From contig CM000435.1 in assembly GCA_000165345.1 (NCBI GenBank), positions 448,001-512,000 on the forward strand: DNA of 64,000 nucleotides, in the 5' to 3' direction. Below are positions 8,910 through 19,082 of the stretch, in pieces. The notes under the pieces are model-generated. The model searched no databases. It had not been told where the DNA came from and saw only the letters and a program-made list of their open reading frames with translations. Every line of letters starts with the position of its first letter. Position 1 is the first letter of the stretch. The position numbers were made by a program, and so were the translations under genes.

Positions 8910-11900
8910 TTAGATGCGTTTTTTGTGTTTGTAATGATGAGAATGAGTATTGTATGTTTGTTTCTGTTGATTTACGTTAACATTTGAGCTTATATTGCAT
9001 TGATTTCCTACACACTGAGAATCATAAGTTACAATTGCTTCAGTTTTCACTTGCTTAATACATTTTTCTCCTTCTTCCGTGAAACCCTAAAAATTGTAAT
9101 GAATTTAAATTAATTATCACAAAAAAAATTGATTATATTTTCTTTAACTTTTTTTAACTTACAATTGGACACCTAAACTTTGCCTGAGCAAATCTTAAGC
9201 AATGATTCTTTTTTAAAATTAACCCTGGTGGACAAATTCTTTTGTGACCTGAGTACTCAATCATAATACATTTATTTCCGGCTTCTACAAATCCTTTTGG
9301 ACATCTTGAAATCGGGTCAAGATATATCTTATTTTCACATGTATCATTTGGACATTCCTTCTTTAACATAGAGAAACATTGTCCATTTACCATCATGGAA
9401 TCTCTTGGACAGGAATTTACCGTGGAATGGTATTTTTCCCAAACACAAATTGCTTGATCTAGTTTATATCCATTAGGACAACTAACCTCAGGTTCTACAA
9501 CTTTCTGAGTTTTACAATCCTTGTGTTGACAAATCTTATCTTTATAAAGTACACACTTATCTCCACTTAGAATATACCCTTCAGAGGGGCAAATCATATC
9601 TTTTGGAACAATCTCGGATTCCTTACAAGTGTTTCCATTAACTAATTCTGTTCCATTTGGACAAACTTTATTGGGAGTTATTGTTTTCAATTCTTCACAA
9701 TTATTGTTTTGACATTCCTTGACTGAGTAAGTGAGACAACTTCCATTAGAAATAATAGATCCTTTTGGACAAGAGATTTGTCCATTATTAAATAGTTTTT
9801 TCGTGCAAATTGGTCCTCCGTAGTTCAAATTTTGAGAGTTCTTTTGGAATCCAGAAGGACAACTTAAGACTGGGGGGAAAGTTTCTTGGGCTAAACATCC
9901 TCCTCTTGGACAAATCGACTCAACTTCTCTAATACAATAAGAATTCATAAGATTTGTTCCAAGGGGACATTTCAATTGAGGAAGATGATGAACTCTTTTT
10001 GAACAATTTCCTCCAGGGAAAAGTGAATACTGATTAGGACACTCAATAATAGGAGGAAAATGAACTTTTTTCTCACATTGATTATTCAAACATTCCTTAT
10101 AGACATACTTGGCACATAAATCATCCTGAATAGTGAAATCCTTGGGACAAGTAAGAATAGAAGGACTTCTTTTGATACTTTCACATTGATTTCTGGAAAT
10201 CAAAGTTCCTTGCTTACATGTAATTCTTGGTGGAATTGAAATAGTAACTGAGCAGTTTCCTCCTGAACATTCTTTAGATACCTGGTGAACGCATTGATCT
10301 CCTACTAATTTGAACGGTTTAATACATTTCAAAATTTGAGGTCCAATATTAATTTTTTCGCAAAGTTTGGTTTTTGAGTTTAGGGTTTCATTCTCATCAC
10401 ATTTAAACTCTGGAGGCTCTTTATGAATGATCTCACAATTACTATATGAACAAATCTTAACAATTCTTTCAATACAAATTTGTTGATTTGCACTAGAAAG
10501 TTCTCCTCTTTCACAGGTTTTTTCTGGAAAGACTTCATGCTTAAATATACAAACCCCATCTTCAAAAACAAATCCTGGAGGACAAATTCGTATTGAATCG
10601 ATAATATTTCTCAAAGTACAACCTTCTGGAGGACAAATTTTGGTAGTTACTTGAATACAATTTCCTTCTTCCATAATATATCCCTCTTCACAAATTAATT
10701 CTGGAGCTTTTCTAACAATAGAGGCACATTTATTATCTTCAGTCATACTAGAGCCTGGAGGACAAATGTTAACTTTTGGGATCATAAATTCCTCAAAACA
10801 CGTTTCCAGGGTTTTTGTATGGTCTGAGCAGATTCTTGTCATTGGAAGATGTTCTTTCTTCATACACTCTTTTCCAATATTAATTGATCCCTGTGGACAG
10901 GAAATCTTTGGAGGAAAAGCCTCAGTTCTAGTACAAGTTTTATGATTTCTTATGGCTTGAGAACAAATTCCTGAGTTTCTTTGGCCATAAAATCCAAGAT
11001 TAGAAGTATTTATGGTATTGACTCCACTTCCACAAGGAACAGGAACAATACTTACCTCAGAACAATCATATTCAACCAATTTTTGGCATTGTTTGATCTC
11101 ACTCAAATAATATCCCTTGGGACATTCATAGGAAACATCTATAAAACTCTCAACCAGACAGGAATCTCCAATTTTAGTTCCTTTGAGACATTTATATTCA
11201 AGAGGAAGAGGCTTTCTTCCTCCACACATTCCTGAATCAAGTCCAATAGTTCCTTCTGGACATTGAGGTTTTGAGTCTGAAATATTAATTTGAACACAAT
11301 CTCCATATTTTCCTTCCCTTCCAAATCCTTCTGGACAAAAAGAACTAGGTTTTGAGGTCTTAAAGCATTCATCTCCGTTATCCAAAAATCCAGGAGGACA
11401 AATTTTACTTCTTTGTATTGTTTTATGACAACTCATATCTAATTCATTGATTTCATATCCTACTGGACAATTTAACTCTCCCTCAGCTCTTTTCTCTTTT
11501 ATACATTTATTTTCTATTAAAGAATATCCTTCTGGACAATTTGATTTGGCTCTAGTTTCTATAATACAGAAATTCTCATTTGTCGAATCTTCTCTAGATC
11601 CTTCTGGGCATATTTTTGGAATAACTTCAGTATAAATACATTCTCCTAGTGAATTCAAGGTACTGGGTTCCTGACAAACCAAATCTGGAGATCTTGTAGT
11701 AATTTTTGTACACTTTTGTGTCTCAGGATTATATTTGTATCCTTCAATACATTGCTTTTCCGGGGATTCTATAACTGAGCAATAACCTCCAGAATCTAAA
11801 GAATTCAAAGGACATTTTCTTTTTGAAGTATTTTCACTAGTTAAAATACAAACAGAGTCAGATAATTCTGAACCTGAGGGGCATACTGTCTCAGCTGGAG

Positions 11901-13290
11901 ATAGAATAACCTCTTCACATTGTCCATTCACTAAACTCTGGAGATTTGGACAGGTTCTTCTTGGGGATACAAAACTAGCACATTCATTTTCTCCAATCTC
12001 TTCGTATCCTGGGGGACAAACTTGGATATTTCTTTCATACCCAACACAAGTCGAAGTACTTTGTTCAAATTTAGAATTTGGAGGACAAATAATATTTGGT
12101 TCAATGGATAATATTTCCTGGCAAAAATGGTTTTCTGGGTTATATTTAGTTCCAGCAGGACATTCCCATTCTCCTTTTACTTTTTGTAAACACAAATCCT
12201 TAGATCTGAAAGAATTAGCAGGACATTCCTTTTCTAAGGTAATTTCTGAAATACAAAGCTTATTAGATTCATCAAAGTATGAATATTTATTTGGACAAGA
12301 TATTTCTGGTTCAACTGACAAAGTGTTTAAACAAACTTTGCTACCATTATGAATAGTTTGCTCATATCCCTCTGGACAATGAAACAAAGGTTCTTGGTAA
12401 TTTACGCATTGATCTTCAACTTCAACAAATCCTATGGGACAAACTCTATTATTAATTCTGGACATTGAAATACAAGTCTGACCCTCTAAAAAGGACCCAG
12501 GAGGGCACTCTAATGTAGGATTTGAATAGTTAATATACCTACAAAGAGATTGATGTCTAACATTCTCAAGCTGAGTCCCTTTTGGACAAATATATTCTGG
12601 TTGAATCCATGTAGCACATTTATCTTCATCAATATCCTTAAATCCTTCGGGACAAATCTTTGGCTCAATCTGATCTTGAATACACATCTTTAAAGAAGCA
12701 TCAAAAACAAAAGGTTCCGGACAAACTACAGTTGGAAGAGCTGCCTTTCTTTCAATACATAAATTTGTGTTAGAGTCAAATTTGTATGGTTCTTGACAAA
12801 TTTTCATCGGCTCTCTAGCCATCGCACAGGTGTCTCTAAAATTAATGCTCCCTGGAGGACAAATTGCCTTAACTTCCTCTTTGTAGTAACATTTACCTGT
12901 ATTATAATCCATTTCTAAGCCATCAAGACAATATTTTTCCTTTTCAGCAAAGACTTCTTTAACGCATTGTTTGTCTTGCATTTGAAAACCTGTAGGACAT
13001 TCCTTAAGGAGAGGCTCAGCCAAATAGCACTCTGATCCTTTGGATACAAATCCTTCTGGACAAACTGGAATCTTTTGTGTCTCAATTTGATGAACACAAA
13101 TTCCATTTACTAGTGCAAAATTACCTGGGCAGGTCTCCACAGGTACTCTCACATACTGAGAGTTAGTTGGAATACTAAAAAAAAGAAGAACTGAGGTCAA
13201 ACAAATTCTTGCAATTCCTGATAAACTAATCAAAATCATTTTTAGATCTCCGGTTTTATGTACCGGTATCTTCATGCTTTGTTTCCTCAT
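8910..13290 (-). CDS. COWP: Cryptosporidium oocyst wall protein family (COWP-type Cys-rich repeats) with a 3' intron. join(complement 9163..13290, 8910..9086), about 1434 aa
   Basis: Signal-like N-terminus, then dozens of CPxG(F/Y)...C and CxxxxC modules. ORF-track stop at 9154 sits inside GTAAGT. Splicing ATT|GTAAGT...TTTTTAG|GG keeps frame. Added exon reads GFTEEGEKCIKQVKTEAIVTYDSQCVGNQCN..., completing the interrupted CPI|GF..G..C module. Confidence 0.7.
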
Positions 13291-13463
13291 CCTTATGAGG
13301 CTGGCTTTCCTTCTATTTTATTCAGTAACAGAAAAACCTACTCGCAAGACAAGTAAACTCTAATCACGCCTCTACACCTATCTCTAAATCATCTTATTAC
13401 TCGCATTTTCATAGTTATAACTTTTTCACATTCTCTATTTTACGATTTTGACACGAGGGTAAT

Positions 13464-13476
13464 TTTGGCGGGAAAT
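13464..13476. promoter_or_regulatory. canonical E2F site TTTTGGCGGGAAA in the COWP/ALG1 divergent intergenic region
   Basis: Sequence aattttggcgggaaatg, about 85 nt upstream of ALG1 ATG 13559. Confidence 0.55.
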
Positions 13477-13558
13477 GTGCAAGATAGCAAAGACTTTGGT
13501 AAATTTAACGAGTGTGGGACATTAAAAGTTGATATTCAGGATAAGAGAAATATACGGG

Positions 13559-15601
13559 ATGATTCTGTTCGGGATTTTGTTTTGTTTTTTTGTTACGATA
13601 TTCTTTTCAATTTCCTCATTATTCTTTTTGTTATGTTTGGTTATTCGTAGAATTTATATGAGGAGATTAAATAATTATGCGACAACAAGGAATATTGCCG
13701 TTTTAGTTATTGGAGATATAGGTAGGAGTCCAAGGATGCAAAACCATGCTTTGTGTATTTCCAAGAGATTTTGCTCCAAGTTAGATTCTTTGGGGAAAAC
13801 TGGAAAGCTAGTAAATAGAAAGGGGAATAAAGATATTAACCAGAAGCTGGACGACAAAATCAATAATAACCACGTTTATTTGGTTGGATATAATGAAACT
13901 ATTTGTAGTTCAGCTGTGACTGGAGACAAAAATATTACTTTACAAGGTATTGAGAAAACTTTTGTGGAACAATACAGAAAGGTTCTCCCATTGTGGGCTT
14001 TTCTATTCATGAAAGTAGTTGAACAGTCATTGAGGATTTTCATAACAATCATGAAAATTCCAAACCTCTCTGGGATAGTATTACAAGCTCCTCCATCTAT
14101 ACCGGCAATTCCTATTGCTTTGTTAGTTTCTTATATTAAAGGAGCTCATTTAATAATTGACTGGCATAATTATGGTCATACTTTGTTAATAGCCGATAAA
14201 AGAGAGAATAGTCAATTCTCTTTGATCAGGAGAATATACCAACAAATTTTGGTTAATAGTTACAAAATATTAGAGTTCTCGTTAGGAAGACTTTCACATT
14301 CTTCATTTTGTGTTTCTAAAGCCATGCAGGAAGACTTAGCAAAAAGGGGAATTCAAGCAACAGTGGTATATGATAGGCCTAATGATGACTTTAAACCTTT
14401 GGATTCTATCTCAAAGAGACATTCTGTCTTGTTTAAATACTTTGGCAGTTTAGAGAATGAGATTTGTTCTGAGAATTCTAGTTTAGGAGATCAATGCACT
14501 CAAAATACCTTCAATAGAAAGGCTCAAGGAGAAAATAAAAGTAAAACGAAATCCAGAGAAGAGAAAAAATCTGCTCAAAATAACAAGAAAAATAACACAA
14601 AGACAAAAGACGCTTTATTATACGATGAATCTTTGACAAATGTCAAGGATTTGGAATCTGTATCTTTAAATAAATCAGTCTTAGATATGCATCAAATTAG
14701 TGAGAGCATTAATACAAATCTCACAGAACAAGGAAAAGGTTCTGCTAGGACCTCTTTGTTTTCTAAGTCTTTAATAGAGGAAGAATTCTTCTTTGAAATA
14801 GATTCAAGAATCTTGGATGAAATCTCTTCCAACTTCAAAAGTCAGGACTTGAAGGAACTATTAACAAGAGATGATTTATTTTTTGATAATCATATTTTCG
14901 AGACTTCACCTGTAACTGATTTAGGAATTTCTTGCGATCAAATTGATAATAAGATTTCATTAAAGATACAACTCAAGAAGAACAGGCCAGCAGTTTTGAT
15001 AACTTCCACTAGTTGGACTCCTGATGAAGATCTTAACTTATTACTTGAAGGCCTTGTGGAATATGATAAACTTGTTTCAAAACAATTAGGAAACGATAAC
15101 TTATCTAAGAAGCTTCCTGACATATTTCTTATCATTACAGGTAAAGGCCCAAACAAGAATTCATGGTTAGAAAAAGCTTCAAAAACTAAGATGAAACATG
15201 TGAGTATTAGAACAGTCTTTGTTGAAGCTGACGACTATCCAAAGCTGCTAGCTTGTTCAGACTTGGGAATTTCTATGCATTACTCTTCTAGCGGGTTGGA
15301 TCTCCCAATGAAAGTAGTTGATATGCTTGGAGCAGGAATTCCGATAATTTCATTCTCATATCCAACTATTAACGAGCTTTTAAAGAGTGAGAAACTTGAG
15401 TTGTTATTTTCAAACCCTCAAGAGCTTTGTTCTAGAATTACTACTTTACTTGAGGGTTTCAATTCAAGTCTTGAAAAAGAAGCTCTGCCTTCTCCAAATT
15501 TGAACAAGATCCTCAAGTCTAACAACTCAAAGAAAAGAGAAACTTTCTATCAGGAATGGAACAATTCGGCTGTCTATCATTTCGATGAAATGGTAATTTA
15601 A
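13559..15601 (+). CDS. ALG1: ALG1 chitobiosyldiphosphodolichol beta-1,4-mannosyltransferase (GT33) with K/S/N-rich insertion
   Basis: First ATG in ORF frame 13529..15601. N-terminal TM helix, then NIAVLVIGDIGRSPRMQNHA (ALG1 hallmark GDxGRSPRMQ[YN]HA). C-terminal GT-B fold motifs. Low-complexity insert around 14450-14900. Confidence 0.8.
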   Translation: MILFGILFCFFVTIFFSISSLFFLLCLVIRRIYMRRLNNYATTRNIAVLVIGDIGRSPRMQNHALCISKRFCSKLDSLGKTGKLVNRKGNKDINQKLDDKINNNHVYLVGYNETICSSAVTGDKNITLQGIEKTFVEQYRKVLPLWAFLFMKVVEQSLRIFITIMKIPNLSGIVLQAPPSIPAIPIALLVSYIKGAHLIIDWHNYGHTLLIADKRENSQFSLIRRIYQQILVNSYKILEFSLGRLSHSSFCVSKAMQEDLAKRGIQATVVYDRPNDDFKPLDSISKRHSVLFKYFGSLENEICSENSSLGDQCTQNTFNRKAQGENKSKTKSREEKKSAQNNKKNNTKTKDALLYDESLTNVKDLESVSLNKSVLDMHQISESINTNLTEQGKGSARTSLFSKSLIEEEFFFEIDSRILDEISSNFKSQDLKELLTRDDLFFDNHIFETSPVTDLGISCDQIDNKISLKIQLKKNRPAVLITSTSWTPDEDLNLLLEGLVEYDKLVSKQLGNDNLSKKLPDIFLIITGKGPNKNSWLEKASKTKMKHVSIRTVFVEADDYPKLLACSDLGISMHYSSSGLDLPMKVVDMLGAGIPIISFSYPTINELLKSEKLELLFSNPQELCSRITTLLEGFNSSLEKEALPSPNLNKILKSNNSKKRETFYQEWNNSAVYHFDEMVI

Positions 15602-15775
15602 CCTAACCTTAAAAAAGATCTAATTAATGAAAATTTCTGCTTCATTTTGGAAGAATTTGAAAGTCCAGTTAAAATAATAATAAATATGTATTTTTACGAC
15701 AATTAAGAAGTATTATAATAAAGTAATTAGTGCTATAATTAATTAACTAGGTACTTAGGATCAAAAATTACGATT

Positions 15776-16396
15776 TTATTCCTTATACTCGTTCTCTTGA
15801 TCCTCTTCCTCGTCATCATCATCAAAGAATTCTTCCTGTAATCTCTCTTTTAGCTCCAAATATATCTCATTAGTTGCGTCTCCTCTTAGAATATCCTTGA
15901 CAAAGTAGCATACAACTTGCATTTGAAGTTGTTCAAGGGCTCCTCTAATCACTCCACATACCATATTACTATAATTCAATGAAGATGAATAGCAAGGAGG
16001 AAGTTCCACAAAGTCAGCCAAGGGATTTTCATTGAATACTAGAACGCATGAAGTTTCTTCCGGATTCCAATCCTTGGTTTCAGCAGTAATTCCAAGAAAC
16101 ATCTTAAAACCAACACAAGCTATAACCTCTGCTGTATCTCTAAAACTATCACATTTTGAAATACCGGATTTGGCAAGGAATTCATCCACAAGACGAATAC
16201 CAATATTATATCCAATCTTCTCAAGCTTTGAATTAATTAGTTCAGCATTATCAAGATCTTTAACAAATTGAGCAACTAAACTTCCATACATAAGAGAGAA
16301 AACTTCCCCATTAATCTTTTCAGTTTTTTGAAAGGCGAGTTCTCCCATTCTAAGATATTCAGAACGTTTTTTGTACTGATTTGAAGAATTTGACAT
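15776..16396 (-). CDS. BET3: TRAPP complex subunit Bet3/TRAPPC3
   Basis: FSLMYGSLVAQFVKDLDN...IGYNIGIRLVDEFLAKS...FRDTAEVIACVGFKMFLGI...FVELP...SNMVCGVIRGALEQLQM aligns throughout with Bet3. Confidence 0.85.
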   Translation of the reverse strand: MSNSSNQYKKRSEYLRMGELAFQKTEKINGEVFSLMYGSLVAQFVKDLDNAELINSKLEKIGYNIGIRLVDEFLAKSGISKCDSFRDTAEVIACVGFKMFLGITAETKDWNPEETSCVLVFNENPLADFVELPPCYSSSLNYSNMVCGVIRGALEQLQMQVVCYFVKDILRGDATNEIYLELKERLQEEFFDDDDEEEDQENEYKE

Positions 16397-16804
16397 TTCC
16401 TGGAATTAAAAGAAACTATATTTGAGAGTTAATCAGAGTCAAATTAGGCGCAAAACCAAGGTAAAGTAAAAAAAGGACATTATCAGCAATAATTTGAGAA
16501 AAAATAAAAAAGACCTAAAATTCAGAAATTTCTAGACAACTAGGATTAAAAAAGGGATATATTTCTGATTCCTTTTATGAAAAAAATATTGTAAAACTTT
16601 TAGTAGGAAAGAAATATAATAAACTTAGTTATACAACATTTCCGTCCTACCTCCAAATCAAGAGAATTAAAGTATTGAGTCGAAATAATAAGAAGTCAAC
16701 AAAATATAATAAACAGGGAATGCAATTTCGACCTTCTGTTTAATTAATATCTATTAGATGCGAGCGATTAAAAATTTCAATGATTAAAATGAGGGGTACA
16801 TAAG

Positions 16805-16818
16805 TTTGGGCGCCAAAT
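16805..16818. promoter_or_regulatory. palindromic E2F site TTTGGGCGCCAAAT in the Bet3/USP divergent promoter
   Basis: Sequence aagtttgggcgccaaatac, about 50 nt 5' of USP ATG. Confidence 0.55.
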
Positions 16819-16863
16819 ACTGTGGGTACTTTTTTGTTTTTAGGTATCTTCAACATTGCAAAA

Positions 16864-18828
16864 ATGTTCCGTAATAAATCGTTTTTGAAATTCTGTTTCT
16901 TATATATTTTATATTTTTTCACCTTTTATTTTTCGATGGTTGTTACAATATCTTTAAGAAGTCCAAGCAACTCAGGAAAGAAATTGGACTTGGAAAGTTT
17001 AAAGGAAAGTCTTGTTAAGGGTGGTCAGGACCACATTTTAAATTTGTTGGAGTCTGGCGATTCTGATAATGTAAATAGACTAATTTCTCAGTTAATGACT
17101 TTGGAAACTTCGTGTGTGGGTGGTGGGTTACTTGGATATATTAACAGAGCTAAGAAGTTATTGAAAGACTCAAAGGACGGTGTTAATCCAAGAGAAGGGT
17201 GTTATCCTGAGGTTCCAGAGGTAGTTAACTTAGATGTTGGTACTGAAGACTTTAAAAAATATGAGGAGCACGGCTTTTCTGTCCTAAAAAATGTTGCCTT
17301 TGTTTTGGTAGCTGGCGGTTTGGGTGAAAGACTTGCATTTGAGGGAATAAAAATAGGAATCGAGCTGTCAATGGCTTCCAACATCACATTTTTCCAGTTA
17401 TACACAAACTATATCAGGGAGTATCAGAGAAGGTTGAAGGAGGCTTTCGGAGAAGATATTGTAATTCCTTTGCTTATCATGACATCTGATGATACTGACA
17501 GTATGACTAGAAAGTTTTTGGAAGAAAATGATCATTTTGGCTTGAGAGAGGACCAGGTGTATATAGTAAAACAACTCAAGGTCCCTGCTTTGATAGATTC
17601 TGATGCAAAGATTGCATTGGATCCTGAAGACAAATACTCAATCTTAACAAAGCCTCATGGCCACGGAGATATTCACACTTTGCTCCATGCTTCAGGACTT
17701 TTGAAGGATCTTTTTGAGAAAGGAGTAAGATTTTTGGTTTTCATCCAAGATACAAATGCTTTAGTTTTTAATTCAGTACTTCCAGTATTGGGAGTTACAT
17801 CAATGAATTCATTCGTGATGAATAGTTTGACAATTCCCCGTATTCCATGCGAGGCAGTTGGCGCTTTGTGTAAGCTCAGATATCCAGATGGAAAGAAAAT
17901 TACTATTAATACAGAATATAACCAGCTCACTCCTTTACTCAAGAGCTGCGGTTTAGGATCAGATTTTGCTGATGAAAAGACAGGATACTCTCCTTTCCCT
18001 GGAAATTCGAACGTCTTGTTCATTTCAATGGATTACTATATGAAGACCTTGGAAAAGACTGGGGGAGTTGTACCTGAATTTGTGAACCCTAAGTATTTGG
18101 ACTCAACTAAAACAGCATTCAAAAGCCCAACTCGTTTAGAATGTATGATGCAAGATATTCCACTCTTATTTGAGGCTGATTACAAGGTTGGATGCGTGCA
18201 AATGCAGAGATGGGCTACATTCTCTGCTTGCAAGAATAGCTTGGCCGAGGGAAGAGCAAAACATAGTGCAGGAGTCTCCATAGATACCGCCTCTATAACA
18301 GAAGGCGACTTCTATGCAGCTGCCTCACAATATTTGAGATTGGCATCAATTGAAAAGGGTGTAGTTTGTAGAATTGAGGAGAGTGGAAGGGATCCAGTCA
18401 CTGGAAAGGATGATAAGAACTCTCTAATCAAACACGAAATGATCGCCGGAATTCCAGTCAGAGTTGGAGCAATGGTTGTTTTGCACCCTTCATTCGCAAT
18501 TAAGTATTCTGATCTTCTCCAAAGGATTCAGGCTGGTCCTATTATTATTACAAGTAGATCCTATGTGCATTTAGAAGGAGATGTGGTGATCAGTGGAAAA
18601 TTCTTTGTAGACGGTTCAGTTAGAATTGTGGCAAAGAACGGCTCAAGGATTATTATTAAGAATCTCATTGTTAACAATAATGGAACCACTAGATATCATA
18701 TTTCTGAGCAGGATATGGGACATGCAACCAGCAATCAAAAAATCAGAGGATATGGAATTAGACACGAGCAAATAAGGGAAATTATCTCGGATAACGGAGA
18801 AGAAGTTATTATCGACGATCAAAACTGA
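16864..18828 (+). CDS. USP: UDP-sugar pyrophosphorylase (USP, plant/Leishmania type)
   Basis: FVLVAGGLGERLAFEGIKIGIE signature, plus nucleotidyltransferase core and C-terminal left-handed beta-helix. First ATG 16864. Alternative start at 16936 (MVVTISL) is possible. Confidence 0.75.
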   Translation: MFRNKSFLKFCFLYILYFFTFYFSMVVTISLRSPSNSGKKLDLESLKESLVKGGQDHILNLLESGDSDNVNRLISQLMTLETSCVGGGLLGYINRAKKLLKDSKDGVNPREGCYPEVPEVVNLDVGTEDFKKYEEHGFSVLKNVAFVLVAGGLGERLAFEGIKIGIELSMASNITFFQLYTNYIREYQRRLKEAFGEDIVIPLLIMTSDDTDSMTRKFLEENDHFGLREDQVYIVKQLKVPALIDSDAKIALDPEDKYSILTKPHGHGDIHTLLHASGLLKDLFEKGVRFLVFIQDTNALVFNSVLPVLGVTSMNSFVMNSLTIPRIPCEAVGALCKLRYPDGKKITINTEYNQLTPLLKSCGLGSDFADEKTGYSPFPGNSNVLFISMDYYMKTLEKTGGVVPEFVNPKYLDSTKTAFKSPTRLECMMQDIPLLFEADYKVGCVQMQRWATFSACKNSLAEGRAKHSAGVSIDTASITEGDFYAAASQYLRLASIEKGVVCRIEESGRDPVTGKDDKNSLIKHEMIAGIPVRVGAMVVLHPSFAIKYSDLLQRIQAGPIIITSRSYVHLEGDVVISGKFFVDGSVRIVAKNGSRIIIKNLIVNNNGTTRYHISEQDMGHATSNQKIRGYGIRHEQIREIISDNGEEVIIDDQN

Positions 18829-18913
18829 ATAAATTTAATCTCACGCATATTTTTAGTACTTTTTTTAAAATTATTATTAGTTTTGTTTAATTTTTAATGT
18901 AAATTAAGACATT

Positions 18914-18926
18914 TTTGCATGCAAAA
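18914..18926. promoter_or_regulatory. TTTGCATGCAAAA palindrome upstream of CDPK
   Basis: GCATGC core 18917-18922. Confidence 0.4.
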
Positions 18927-18960
18927 TTCCCCCCTCATAATATAATTTTTACCCTTCAAG

Positions 18961-18985
18961 TGCCCGCCCATTTTTGGCGGGCAAA
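18961..18985. promoter_or_regulatory. inverted-repeat E2F-like element TGCCCGCCcatttttGGCGGGCA about 100 nt 5' of CDPK
   Basis: Two GGCGGG cores in opposite orientation around a T-rich spacer. Confidence 0.5.
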
Positions 18986-19082
18986 CACATTAATGCAGAT
19001 TTATCCATGGAAACGTATTTCTTAGGAAAAAAGTAAATTTGTCAGGAATAAAGTACAAGTCATGTAAAAAACCCAAAAAAGC

